The notes: generated by a model from the letters alone, not told the origin. 64,000 nt of DNA from an uncultured Actinomycetota bacterium (GCA_963788445.1 CAWBGN010000007.1:35550-99549); one strand, 5' to 3'. Shown: positions 9,302 to 20,279, counted from the first letter of the stretch. Program-made: numbers and translations.

Positions 9302-9990
9302 TCACGCCACGCTGTCGCACTTGTGGAAGCCTTCGCCCGTGGCACGGCCGAGTTTGCCCCGGTCGAGGTAGTGCTCCTTGAGGTAGCGGGCGTTGGCTCG
9401 GGACTCCTCGTCGCCGGTGGCGGCGATGTTGTACACGGTGGTGAGGCCCCGATGACGTCGAGGGCCTGGAACGGGCCGTACGGGGCTCCCGTCGCGGTGC
9501 GCCAAGCCTTGTCCACCGTCTCGGGGTCCGCAACACCCTTCACGACCAGTGCCTGGGCGGCCTGGAGGAACGGGACCTGCAGCGAGTTCACGACGTAGCC
9601 GGGCTGCTCGCTGTGGAGCTCGATGGGCACCATGCCGATCCGGCGCGCGAAGTCGACCACTGTTTCGTAGACGTCCGGGTCCGTGCCGGCGTGGCCCATG
9701 ATCTCCGCGGTGTTGTGGATCCAGATCAGGTTGGCGAAGTGCAGCGCGAGGAACCGGTCTGGCCGACCCGTCGCGTCCGCCAGATCGCTGGGCAGCAGCG
9801 TGGAGCTGTTGGTGACGAAGATGGCATCCTTCGGCGCAACCAGGGCCAGCTCTGTGTAGAGCTCGCGTTTGATGTCGAGCCGCTCGGGCGCCGATTCGAT
9901 CACGAGGCCCGCGCCGCGGGAACCTGGTCCTCGCCTTCTCGAGGATCTCGTTCTCGGAGTGCCTGCTCATCCACCAGGCCAGCCTGCCCT
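9302..9990 (-). pseudogene. 3-hydroxyacyl-CoA dehydrogenase, 5'-truncated and frameshifted
   Basis: VIESAPE, TNSSTL, LHFAN, PGYVVNSL and PYGPF motifs; no N-terminal GxGxxG. Confidence 0.8.
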
Positions 9991-10216
9991 GGAGGCTCGG
10001 TCTGCGCCGCCACACGCCCCACCGGATGTCCCCTCATCGGCTCCGCGCGGATCGCGGCATGAGCGCGTGCGCGGTAGACCCTTTCAGAATCATTCGCGCG
10101 GGGGATGCCTTGGCTAGCCATCAGCGTTCTAATGGGCGGGAGGCCGCCGAGGGAGCCAGGTGGGCTTTCCTTTGGACCTTCGACGGCGGTGCATCTGACC
10201 GGAGAAGGAGCCGAGC

Positions 10217-10687
10217 ATGTCATTCTCACGCGCGATCCGCCGAGCCGGAACCGTAGCCGGGGTCGCTATCTTGGTGGTCGGAGGGACCGCGCTACCCGCG
10301 GACGCCGCCGACTTCGTAGTCCCGTCCTGCCCCGGGTTCGACGTCGGTGTCACCTCCCTGACCAGTCACGGGAACCCCGTCCAAGCCGGCCCTCGGGCGA
10401 TCGTGGCGGCGGGTAGCGGAACAAGCATCTTGGACAACGAGACCACGGGGGCGACGATCCCCTTCCATGGCGCGGGCGCCTTCAATGCGACAGAGAACCC
10501 TGACGGCTCCGTCACCCTCACCGCCACGGGACGAAACCTCGTGTTCTTGTTCGACACTGACCCGGGTGGACCCGCGACCATCCTGTACACAGGTCGGGTC
10601 GTGAGCATGGTGAGCCCCGACGGCACATTCACCGTCATTTCCCACACGGGCCGAACCGTCGACGTCTGCCCCCTTCTCGGCGGCTAA
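10217..10687 (+). CDS. Secreted hypothetical protein with a Cys pair
   Basis: AAGGAG RBS; signal peptide ending ALPADA; CPGF...DVCP pattern. Confidence 0.7.
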   Translation: MSFSRAIRRAGTVAGVAILVVGGTALPADAADFVVPSCPGFDVGVTSLTSHGNPVQAGPRAIVAAGSGTSILDNETTGATIPFHGAGAFNATENPDGSVTLTATGRNLVFLFDTDPGGPATILYTGRVVSMVSPDGTFTVISHTGRTVDVCPLLGG

Positions 10688-10925
10688 GAAGTCGACGTTG
10701 TCCTTCGCCTCCTAGTGGTATTCGCGAACGACACGACGCCTCGGCTCCTCCTCAGGACAGAGGTCCCGACCCGCGCCGGTTCCGGTGCGGCTCGGGTAGC
10801 CCGCTCACCGGCATGTGAGTGAGCCGTTACAGCGGCATAGGAAGACGTTCTGCGCGCGCTGGGTGTGCCCAGGAGCCCCTTTCCGGGAACCGACCTTTCG
10901 CTACCCTCCCTTGTGGGAGGTCGAG

Positions 10926-11633
10926 ATGAGCGAACAGGGATGGCGGGAGTTTCTCGGCGCCGAGGACGTCGAGGATTGGGTGGTGTTGCACGGTGGAGCG
11001 ACGGCTGTGTTCCGTGTCCGGTCGCTTGGCGAAGCGGTGGACCTTGCCGGGGCAGTGGCGCAGGTTCCAGGCCTGGAGCGCTCGGGGGTGGTGCTGACGG
11101 TGGCCGATGACCATCTCGCCGTGCGGTTGAGTCGTGACGTCTCGCAGTTGGAGCGGCAGCATCTCGACCTTGCGCGGGCAATCTCAGCGGTGACGCAGAC
11201 GCATGAGGCCGTCGCGGACAGAGCGGCTGCGCAGGAGGTCCAACTCGCGATTGCTGCGAAGCCCGACTCGGTCGATGGTGCGTTCTGGTGCGCCGTGCTC
11301 GGGTACACGGAGGTGGCCGACGACAGCGTGGTCGACCCGTTGGGCCACGGCTCGACGGTCTGGATGCAGGAACTCGACGAGGCCAAGCCGTTGCGGCACG
11401 CAATGCATGTTGACGTCTCGGTCGCTCGCGAGCACGTGGAGGCGCGCCTCGTGGCGGCGCTCGCCGCGGGAGGCCGCATGATCGACGACTCCGACGCCCC
11501 TGGACACTGGACGCTTGCCGACAGCTCCGGCAACCGCGTATGCATCTGCGCATGGCCCGACGGGTCCACCCTGTCCGCTCCGCAAGCCCCTTCGTCGAAT
11601 GTGACGGAAGGTTCTCCACGCCTGAGCATGTAA
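10926..11633 (+). CDS. VOC family protein (pterin-carbinolamine dehydratase-like plus glyoxalase-like domain)
   Basis: GGAGG RBS; FWCAVLGY, DPLGHG..VWMQ, HVDVSV and WTLADSSGNRVCI motifs. Confidence 0.8.
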   Translation: MSEQGWREFLGAEDVEDWVVLHGGATAVFRVRSLGEAVDLAGAVAQVPGLERSGVVLTVADDHLAVRLSRDVSQLERQHLDLARAISAVTQTHEAVADRAAAQEVQLAIAAKPDSVDGAFWCAVLGYTEVADDSVVDPLGHGSTVWMQELDEAKPLRHAMHVDVSVAREHVEARLVAALAAGGRMIDDSDAPGHWTLADSSGNRVCICAWPDGSTLSAPQAPSSNVTEGSPRLSM

Positions 11634-11820
11634 CGCAATCAGGGTGGGCGCCGCGGCTGAAGCCTGAGAAGTGCCGCAGACCGGGTCATCCAATCTCCAC
11701 TGACCGGGGTTCAGGTGCCGCTGAAATCGTATGGGCCCTGCAGTCAACCGTCGTGAGCCGGAGTCCAGCGACCAACAGGGGCAGGGTGCAGTTCCACGCC
11801 TGAAGCGGGGGTGGTACGAA

Positions 11821-12803
11821 TCGCCGGCAAGCAGCGGCAGCGTGCACATTTTCACCAGCGCCTCCCGGGCACTGTTGGCGTGGATCGTGCACATGCCGGG
11901 CAAGCCGGCGTTGAGGGCGAGCAGGAGGTCCATGCACTCCTCGGCCCGCACCTCGCCGACGATGATCCGACTCGGCCGCATGCGCAGGCTCTCCTTGACC
12001 AGGTGGCGCAGCGTGATCTCGCCGGTGCCCTCGAGCCCGGACTGCCGGGTCTGCATCGGCACCCAGTCCGGGTGCGGGAACCGCAGCTCGAAGACCTCCT
12101 CGGCGGAGACGACCCGCTCGCCTCCCGGGATGGCCGCCGCCAGGCAGTTCAGCATCGTGGTCTTGCCCGCCTGCGTCCCGCCGGCGACCAGGATGTTCAC
12201 CCCGGCCCGCACCGACGCCTCGAGGAACCGCGCGGCCGCCGGGCTGATGCTGCCCAGCTCGACCAGGCCCTCCAGCCGGGCGGCGCGGAGAATGAACTTG
12301 CGGATGTTGACCGCCGAGAAGCCGCGGCTGATGCCCTCCAGGACCACGTGCAACCGGTGCCCCTCCGGCAGCATCGCGTCGACGAACGGCTGGCTGATGT
12401 CGATCCGCCGGCCGCTGGACTTGAGCATCCGCTCGACCAGCTCCTGCACCTGCGCGGGAGTGAGCATCAGGTTGGTCAGCTCGTGCCGCCCCCGGCGGGC
12501 GATGAAGACCCGACTCGGATCATTGATCCAGATCTCTTCGACCGCCGGATCATCGAGAAACGGCTGCAACGCACCGAACCCGGACACCCGCGCGACCAGC
12601 TCACCGACCACGGAGTCCACGTCGGCCACAGGCGCGACTGCACCGGTCAGGCTCAGGTCGTCGTGCTCACGGACCACGCTCTCGGCGATACGGCGTACGA
12701 CGACCGCCTCGCGCTGCGGATCCACACCCTCGCTCCGCACCAGCGAGCGGACACGCTCATCGAGCGACTCCACCAGCTCCGCGTGGGCGTCAGCCAGCGT
12801 CAT
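11821..12803 (-). CDS. cpaF: CpaF/TadA Flp-pilus ATPase, 3' end replaced at the island junction
   Basis: VEEIWIND, SQPFVDAML, Walker A GGTQAGKTT, SLRMRPSRIIVGEVR, CTIHANS; similarity ends after LPLLAG and the frame runs on into non-homologous sequence. Confidence 0.88.
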
Positions 12804-12966
12804 CAAGGCCCCCGTCCCGAGTCAAGGATTCCTTGTCTTGAACCTACGTCATTCCGCACCTACCCGGGAGGGGTCGGATCTGAACCTGTGGAAAAGCAAA
12901 AACATGCCGGTCACGACTTCCCCGGTTTGCTCGCGGTCGGGTCGGGATGCTCATACCTTTGCGAAC

Positions 12967-13374
12967 ATGACGAAGGTGTTGCGATGGGTCGCCCTTGCGG
13001 CATTCTGTGCCGTCTTCGGGTTCGCGGGGAGCGTCGTCGGCGTCAAGCTGATGGCCGACGACCTGCGTGGTGAACAAGGCCCGGCAGGGGTGCCGGGTCT
13101 CGTCGGTCCCCAGGGCGAGCAGGGGCTGCAGGGTGATCGGGGGGAGGCGGCCGACATCTCGTCGCTCGAGTCCCGGATCGTGTTGGTCAGGACCTCGCTC
13201 AACAAGCTCATGCCCCGGGTGAAGGACCTCGAGGCCAAGGTGGAAGAGCCGCCGCCCGCGCCCGACTGCGAGCCCGGTACGCCGATCGACGTGGTGACCA
13301 GCGCCCAGCTCACCCGGGCCGGCAAGAACGTGTCGCTCAGCACTTCCAAGGCGTCGCTCACGCCCTGCGAGTGA
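12967..13374 (+). CDS. Membrane-anchored or secreted protein with a short collagen-like repeat and a coiled coil
   Basis: N-terminal hydrophobic helix; nine Gly-X-Y triplets (GEQGPAGVPGLVGPQGEQGLQGDRGEA); heptad segment. Confidence 0.75.
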   Translation: MTKVLRWVALAAFCAVFGFAGSVVGVKLMADDLRGEQGPAGVPGLVGPQGEQGLQGDRGEAADISSLESRIVLVRTSLNKLMPRVKDLEAKVEEPPPAPDCEPGTPIDVVTSAQLTRAGKNVSLSTSKASLTPCE

Positions 13375-13507
13375 CCCGGCGACCCGTCACCGGGCCCCTC
13401 AACCCGTGATCTGGCACCCGTGATTTGCCCCTGCCACGGGCGTTTTGGTCCAGTGAGACCGGACATCATGAAGGTGTGTGTCAGGGAGGAGTGGCTTCGT
13501 GGGTGCT

Positions 13508-15578
13508 GTGAGCCCCTCGACGACTCCCGTCCTCGGACCCGAGCGCCCGTCCACGACCGAGCGCCCGCCGATCACCCACTCCTACCGGCCCGACCTCGAC
13601 GGGCTGCGCAGCATCGCGGTCTACCTCGTCCTGCTGTTCCACACCGGGCTCGGCTGGGCCGAGGGCGGGTTCATCGGGGTCGACCTCTTCTTCGTGCTCT
13701 CCGGCTTCCTGGTCTCCAGCGTGCTGTTGAACGAGATCGAGAAGACCGGCGACCTTCGGATCGGCCGCTTCTACGCCCGCCGAGTGCGCCGGCTGCTGCC
13801 GGCGGCCGTCGTGACGATCGCCGCCACCTGCCTGACCTTCCTGGTCCTCTGGTCGGTGGTACGGCGCCTCGGCCTCGTCGGTGACGCCCAGAGCGCCTTG
13901 CTGTACTACGCGAACTGGCACTTCATCGGCCAGTCCGGCGACTACTTCGCGACCGACGTCGACACCAGTCCGTTCCTCCACTTCTGGTCATTGGCGATCG
14001 AGGAGCAGTTCTACGTCGTCTTCCCGATCCTCCTGCTGCTCCTGAGCAAGGTCGGGCGGCGCGCGATGCTCACCGTCCTGACCGCGATTCTGGTGGCGTC
14101 GCTCGTCGCGCAGCTCTACTGGGCACAGGTCGACAGCACCCGGGCGTACTACGGCACCGACGCGCGGGTGTACCAGCTCTTCGCCGGTGCGCTGCTGACC
14201 GTGGCGCTGCACACCTGGTCGCCGCGGATCCTGCGCGGCGCACGTGCCCATGTCGTGGCGGTGGCCGGCCTGGTCGGCCTGCTGCTGCTCGGCAGCGGAC
14301 TCGTCGACCTCACCCCGTCGCTTCGCGGCATCGGCGCAACCGTGGTGTCGGTGATGCTGATCGTGGGCCTGATGCTCGGCGAGCGGCAGCCTTTGAGCCG
14401 GCTGCTGGGGCGGCCGGTCCCGGTCTTCCTGGGTCGGATCTCCTACGGCACCTACCTGTGGCACTGGCCGGTGATCGTTGCCCTGACCACGCTCTTCGAC
14501 ACCAGCCCGGCGATCATCGCGATCTTCACGATCGCCCTCGGGACCGGCCTCGCCGCGTTGTCGTACGAGGTCCTCGAGATGCCGATCCGCAAGTCCAAGG
14601 TGCTCAACCGCTTCACGTGGACGGTCGCCCTGACCGGCGTCGCCCTCAGCGCCCTGGTCGCGGTCACGTTCGTGCCGGGCGTGCTCGAGCAGGACCGCAA
14701 GCCCGCCTTCTCCAGCAGCGTCACCGGGCCGTCCACCACCGGCGTGGCCGGCTCGGACGAGCCGATCCCGGAGGACATCGACTGGCAGCAGGTCCGGGAC
14801 AGCATCGGCGGCCAGCACTGGTGCCCGGCCGACGACGGACCGGCGTGCACCGTGCGGAAGGGCGACGGGCCGCACGTGCTGTTCATCGGGGACAGCCAGG
14901 CGGCCACCCTGGTTCCGATGTTCGAGAAGCTGGCCGAGGAGCACGACCTCACCCTGTCCCTCGACGTGCTCGCCGGCTGTCCGTGGCAGGAGGGCCTGCT
15001 CAACGACAGGCAGGCGTCGGCGACCGCCGAGGAGTGCACCTCGGCCCGCGTCGACTGGTACGACGAGGCCCTTGCCCGAGCTCGACCCGGACGTCGTCGT
15101 GCTGCTCGACCGTCCGCGGGACGACCCCGACCTCTGGGGCGACGTGGTCTCCCGGCGCGACGGACGCGACCAGCCTCTGGACAAGGCGGTGTTCGAGACC
15201 ACCCGCGAGACGCTGGCCAAGATCAGCGCCGTCGCGGACCGGACCGTGGTGATCCAGCGCCTGGTGATGCCGGAGACCTTCGACCCCAGCGACTGCCTGG
15301 CCTCCCAGACCCGGATCGGCGACTGCGCCGTCGCGGTGCCGACCGACCCGTCCCCCAGCGACGGCTACTTCGCGGCCGCCGCGGCCCAGTCGAAGTCGAT
15401 CCTGGCGGTCAGCCTCACCCCCGCGTTCTGCCCGACAGCACCGGTCTGCCTCCCGATCGTGGACGACCAGGTGGTGTGGCGAGACGACCACCACTTCACC
15501 GCCGACTACGCGGTCGCCCGGCGGGATGCCGTCTGGAAGGCGCTCACCGAGGCGGGCGCCTTCCAGACGGGCGGCTGA
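13508..15578 (+). CDS. Acyltransferase-3 with SGNH domain (OatA/OafA-like; frameshift near 15070)
   Basis: YRPDLDGLR, GVDLFFVLSGF, HFWSLAIEEQFY, GDSQ and DDHH motifs. Confidence 0.9.
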
Positions 15579-15597
15579 CTCAGCCGCCACTGCTGCC

Positions 15598-17377
15598 TCA
15601 GTGGTGGTGGTGGCCCGGCTTGTGCTTGTGCTTGTGCAGCTTCACGGCGTACAGCGTCGTGGAGCCGGACACCTCGTTGGCGACGGCCAGCATCGGCTCG
15701 CCGGTCGGCGACGAGGAGGCCGGGACGAACTTCACACCCTCGGGACCGAGGTCTCCCGCAGGGGCGATGTCCTCGCCCGCGTCGGCGAGGTCAGCGCCGG
15801 AGAAGGCGAAGTCGCGGTTGTTCAGGTAGGTCACGAACTTCGGCTTCGACGGCGAGCTCAGGTCGTAGACCATCACCCCGCCGACCCGCTCCAGCGCCAC
15901 GAACGCGTACGGCTTGCCCTTGACCTGGCCGATGGTGATGCCCTCCGGCTCGGGGCCCTTGTCATCACTGCGGTCGTCGAAGTTCGAGGCCGCGTGGTCG
16001 GAGTTGAAGAAGTCGGGCAGCGCCTGCGCGGTGATCTGCTCGAACCCGGACCCCGACGACGACACCAGCCGGCCATCGGTGGTCCACACGGAGAAGTCGC
16101 GCCCACCGAAGGCGTGCAGCTCGCGGTAGCAGAGGCCGGAGGGGTCCAGCCCGCCCGCCTTCGTGATCTTCAGGCGGCCGAGCGCCTCGTCGGCGGTCAG
16201 CTCCTCGACGGTCATGCCGAAGTCCTCGGCCACGCTGTCGCAGAGCGGCGCGAGACCGTCCTCGCCGAGGTCCTTGACCCGGACCTCCTCCGAGTAGCCC
16301 TCCCAGTCGCGGGTGTCGCCCTCGTCGGCCGTCACCAGGTAGGTCCGGCCCTTCACCTGGTACGACGTGATCGCGTCCGGGAGCCGCAGGCCGCGGACCG
16401 GCCACCGCCCGATCGACGCGGCGTCGTCCTCGTCGGACTGGTCGAACCCGACGACCCGGCGGTCCACCGTGCCGAGCGACCACAGGTCGCTCGACGGTCG
16501 CGGTCGCCAGGTCCACGACGGCGATGCCGTTGGCCTCCTGGACCGTGACGTAGGCCTTGCGCGACGCCGGGTCGACGGTGACGTACTCCGGCTCGAGGTT
16601 CTCCGAGACCGGGAAGTCGGGCGTGCCGGTGCCGGCGTCGGCGCGGCCGCCGTAGACGCGGATGCCCTGCGGGAGACCGCCGCCCTCGAACGCGTGGAAG
16701 TCGGCGAGGGCAACGTCGCCCTGGGCGGCCGCAGCCACCGTCGCCGGGAGCGTCACGACCGCGACCGAGCCCTCGGGGTCGACCGAGTAGTCGTCGGCCG
16801 GCTCGCCCTCGTCGGCCACCACGGCCTTGGTGCCGTCGGGCGTGACGGTGACCATGTCGGGCAGCGCGCCTACGCGCACCGCGCCGAGCGCCGTACCGTC
16901 ACCGGCAGCGTCGAAGAACACCAGCCAGCCGTTGTCGGTCTTGGGGTCGGACTCGACCGCCACCACACCGAGCCCGTCCTTGCGCACGGCGACGGAGTTG
17001 GCGACGGCACCGTCGGGGATGACGGAGCCGTCGTCGGAGGCCACGCCGGTGGTCTCGAGGTCGAACAGCTTGGTGGGGTGCTCCGGGTCGGCGGCGTCGA
17101 GCACCTCGACCCGGGCCTGCGCGGCGTTCACCACCAGGAGCCGGTCGAGCGGGGCGTAGAACTCGACGATCTCGGCTGCCGACTCGTCGAAGACGCCGGT
17201 GTCGTAGCTGCCGAGCGGGTCGAGCCGGAGCGCGGCCCCGGGGGCGGAGGAGCTCACCGGGTCGTCGACGACGGTGGCGCCCGCGGGGGCGCCGCCGGAG
17301 AGGGCAAGGGCGGGCAGGGCCAGTCCGGCGGCCACCAGGGCGGTGGTCGCGCGGACGCGGCGTGAGGAGAGGGTCAT
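15598..17377 (-). CDS. Secreted choice-of-anchor I / alkaline phosphatase-like protein (frameshift near 16490)
   Basis: FDESAAEIV, VGALPDMV, DEGEP, NLEPEY, DDRSDDKGPEPEG and LAVANEVSG motifs; His-rich tail. Confidence 0.85.
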
Positions 17378-17469
17378 GGCGTGGAACGGCTCCTTCGGAG
17401 TTCAGGCGTACGCCGAGCCGTCGCGCCCAGGATGTGCGGTCGAGCAGACGCTAGAGATGCCCGGTTCCA

Positions 17470-17491
17470 CGCCGGTGAACGCGACGTGAAC
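17470..17491 (-). promoter_or_regulatory. PHO-box-like direct repeat (GTTCAC with 11-bp period)
   Basis: GTGAAC at 17475 and 17486 on the + strand, upstream of the phosphatase-like gene; matches the Streptomyces PhoP GTTCA-N6 unit. Confidence 0.6.
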
Positions 17492-17511
17492 GATCGCCTC
17501 CCGCCCGCGAA

Positions 17512-18141
17512 TCAGCCGGCGACGCGGACCGCGCGTCCGCCGCCAGCTCGGTCAGCACGGCCGCTGCGTCCCACTCCCCCGGGTCGCCGGCGTCCGTCCA
17601 GTTCGCCACCTGCTCCCGCGCCCACGCCACCCAGCGCAGCACGGTCGCCTCGTGCTCGAGGCTGAGCCGCATCGGCAGCGCGCCGACGTGCAGCCGCTCC
17701 GGGAAGCTCGGGGACTCGACGCCGGACGTCGGCCATCACCGCCAGCGCCTCGAGCCGGTCGGACGCCTCGGCGGCGATCGCATCCAGCGTGGCGTTGAGC
17801 TGGTCGAGCGAACCGGCCTCGGCGAAGAAGATCTTCACCAGGCCCTCGAACTCGATCGTGGGTGGTGCGGGCGGCTCGTCGAGCCAGCGGCGCAGCTCCT
17901 CGCGGCCGGCCTCGGTGATCCCGTAGACGGTCCGCGGGCGCTTGCCGGTGGTCTCCTTCGTGGCCGTGGCCAGCCCGTCGGCGACCAGCCGCTTCGGCTC
18001 GTCGTACAGCTTCCGCTCGGCCCGCGGCCAGAACCACTTGAGGCTGCGCTGGACCTGCTTGGCCAGCTCGTACGTCGTCCAGGAGCGGACGCCGAGGAGC
18101 CCGAGGATGGCGTACGTCGTGGTGGTCCGGCGCGGAGTCAT
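17512..18141 (-). CDS. PadR-family transcriptional regulator (frameshift near 17720; 3' end uncertain)
   Basis: YAILGLL..WTTYEL..WFWPRAERKLY..RTVYGITEAGREELRRWL. Confidence 0.85.
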   Translation of the reverse strand: MTPRRTTTTYAILGLLGVRSWTTYELAKQVQRSLKWFWPRAERKLYDEPKRLVADGLATATKETTGKRPRTVYGITEAGREELRRWLDEPPAPPTIEFEGLVKIFFAEAGSLDQLNATLDAIAAEASDRLEALAVMADVRRRVPELPGAAARRRAADAAQPRARGDRAALGGVGAGAGGELDGRRRPGGVGRSGRADRAGGGRAVRVAG

Positions 18142-18154
18142 GCTGCATCTTGAC

Positions 18155-18207
18155 ATACTGCCTTGGGCAGTATCTACTGTTCTCGGAAATACTGCACAGG
18201 ACAGTAT
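18155..18207. promoter_or_regulatory. Two ATACTG-N7-CAGTAT operators between padR and the deacetylase gene
   Basis: Palindromes at 18155-18173 and 18189-18207; TTGACA at 18150-18155. Confidence 0.7.
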
Positions 18208-18219
18208 CGAGGAGACCCG

Positions 18220-18996
18220 ATGACCACCGCCCGACCCGGCCGGCCGTGCTGGTCGTCGTCGCGCACCCGGACGACGAGACCTTCGGCTGCGGCTCGCTCC
18301 TGCTGCACGCCGCCGCGTCCGGCGCCCGGACCGCCGTGGTCTGCGCGACCCGTGGCGAGGCCGGTCGCGTGGCGCCCGGGGTCCGGGTGCCGACGACGGG
18401 CGTGGCCGGGCTCCGCGAGGCCGAGCTGCGCGCCGCCGCCCGCGCGCTCGGCGTCTCCGACGTGGAGCTGCTGGGCTTCACCGACTCCGGCATGGACGGC
18501 GCGGCGCCGGACGACTCGCTCTGCGGGGCGCCGTACCCCTCGGTGGTGGAGGCGGTACGCAACGCCGTCGAGCGTCACGACCCGGACGTCGTCGTGACGC
18601 TCGACGGCAGCGACGGCCACCGCGACCACGCCCGGATCCGCGATGCCGTGGTCGACGCCCTCGCCGGCTCCGACGTCCGGCTCTACCTGCACGGCCTCCC
18701 CCGCTCGCTCATGCACCAGTGGGTCCGTCACCACGCGGGCAACGCCGACGCCGCGGCGTACGTCGAGCTGCCGGACATCGGCACCCCCGACGAGCGGTTC
18801 ACGACCGTGGTCGACACGTCGGCCCACCTGGCCGCCCGCGAGTGCGCGATCGCGCTGCACCGCTCCCAGTCCTCGCCGTACGACGGGCTGCCGGACGACC
18901 TGAAGCGGGCGTTCCTGACCTCCGAGCACCTGATCCGGGTCAACCCCGACGTGGACCGGCGGTCCGCTCGAGTCCGACATCGTCGTCGGGCCATGA
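18220..18996 (+). CDS. PIG-L family deacetylase (MshB/Mca-like; frameshifts near both ends)
   Basis: AHPDDE, ATRGEAG, LGFTDSGM, DGHRDH and HRSQ motifs. Confidence 0.85.
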
Positions 18997-19064
18997 GCAG
19001 CCTGATGCTCGGCGTGATCGACGGGCTGCACCACGTCGTCACGTTCGACACGACTCGGCCGCAG

Positions 19065-20279
19065 TCAGCGGCGCGGGAGCAGGATCTCGAGGTCCTCGGT
19101 CTGACCGTCGCCGGTGACCCGGCCGCCCTGGGACTCGGCGACCTGCCGGGCCTCGGCAATGCCGGCGCCGGGCGGGCGGTCCTGCCGTCGACTTGAGCCG
19201 TTGGCGATCACTCCCGCGGGCATCCGGATCCGCAGGTGGTCGTGCTCGGCGAGGAAGGTGATCTTCACCGGGCCCTTGCCGCTCAGCACGATGTCGGAGA
19301 GGACCAGGTCGAGGATGTGCTCGATCGGGCCGGGTGTGAACGCCATGGTCAGGTCACCCTCGGCCGACGCCGACAGTGGGCGGCGCTCGTCCGCGAGCCG
19401 GTCGGCCCAGCGCTGGGCGAGCTGGGTCGCCATGTCGTGCAGGGTCAGCTCGGCTCCCTCGACCAGGCTCCCCCGCCGGGACAGCTCGACCAGCTCGCCG
19501 GCCGAGCGGTTCACGTCGTCGACGCTGCGGATGCAACGGACCGCCGCTGCCTTCGCGTCGTCCGGTACGTCGTCACGCAGGGTGAGCTCCTCGAGCTCGA
19601 GGCGCAGCGACGTGAGCGGGGTCTTCAGCTCGTGGGAGGCGTGCTCGGCGAAGTCGCGCTCGCGGCTGATCCGGGACTCCAGCTGGGTCGCGCTGGTCTG
19701 CAGGGCCTTGCCGATGGCGACCGCCTCGGGCATCCGGGTCTTGGGAAGGTCCAGGTCGAACCGCCCGCGACCCAGCGCACCGGCGGCGACCGCCAGCTTC
19801 TGGAAGGGGCTCGACAGCGCCCGCGCCGCCACCCACCCGGCGACACCCGCGAGCAGCCCGATCAGCAGGAACAGGGTGATCAGGGAGCCGGTGTCGCGGC
19901 CGAGGATGTCGCCGATCACCTTGGGCTCCTTGCTCACGGTGATCATGCCGACGTCGGTCGCGACCGTCGCCGACAGGTCGTCGGCGTCGGGGTCGCCCTC
20001 GTACTCGTCGCCCTCGACGACCAGGGTCCGGCCGGACGGGTCGGTGTACTCCAGTCGGGTGGTCGACGACACGATGCTCTCGAGGAACTCTCGGTTGACC
20101 GGTTCTCCCACCGCGCGCTGGTCGGCGACCAGCTCGCCGATCAGGACGACGTCGTGGCTGAGGTGGGCGCCTTCCTGCTCACGGAGCAGGTCGCGGAGCG
20201 TGTACGCGCGCACGGTCCCCGCGCCCAGGAGGACTGCCATGGCAAGGACGACGAACGCGATGGTGATGCGTTCACGCAT
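19065..20279 (-). CDS. Membrane sensor histidine kinase (HAMP-HisKA) with a degenerate ATPase domain
   Basis: Two TM helices, HAMP domain, H-box ASHELKTPLT; N and G1 boxes not recognisable. Confidence 0.85.
   Translation of the reverse strand: MRERITIAFVVLAMAVLLGAGTVRAYTLRDLLREQEGAHLSHDVVLIGELVADQRAVGEPVNREFLESIVSSTTRLEYTDPSGRTLVVEGDEYEGDPDADDLSATVATDVGMITVSKEPKVIGDILGRDTGSLITLFLLIGLLAGVAGWVAARALSSPFQKLAVAAGALGRGRFDLDLPKTRMPEAVAIGKALQTSATQLESRISRERDFAEHASHELKTPLTSLRLELEELTLRDDVPDDAKAAAVRCIRSVDDVNRSAGELVELSRRGSLVEGAELTLHDMATQLAQRWADRLADERRPLSASAEGDLTMAFTPGPIEHILDLVLSDIVLSGKGPVKITFLAEHDHLRIRMPAGVIANGSSRRQDRPPGAGIAEARQVAESQGGRVTGDGQTEDLEILLPRR

Noticed and set aside
11184-11820. Novel C-terminal domain on CpaF
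   Set aside because: It is read-through past the island junction, mostly antisense to the VOC gene, and has no domain-like character.
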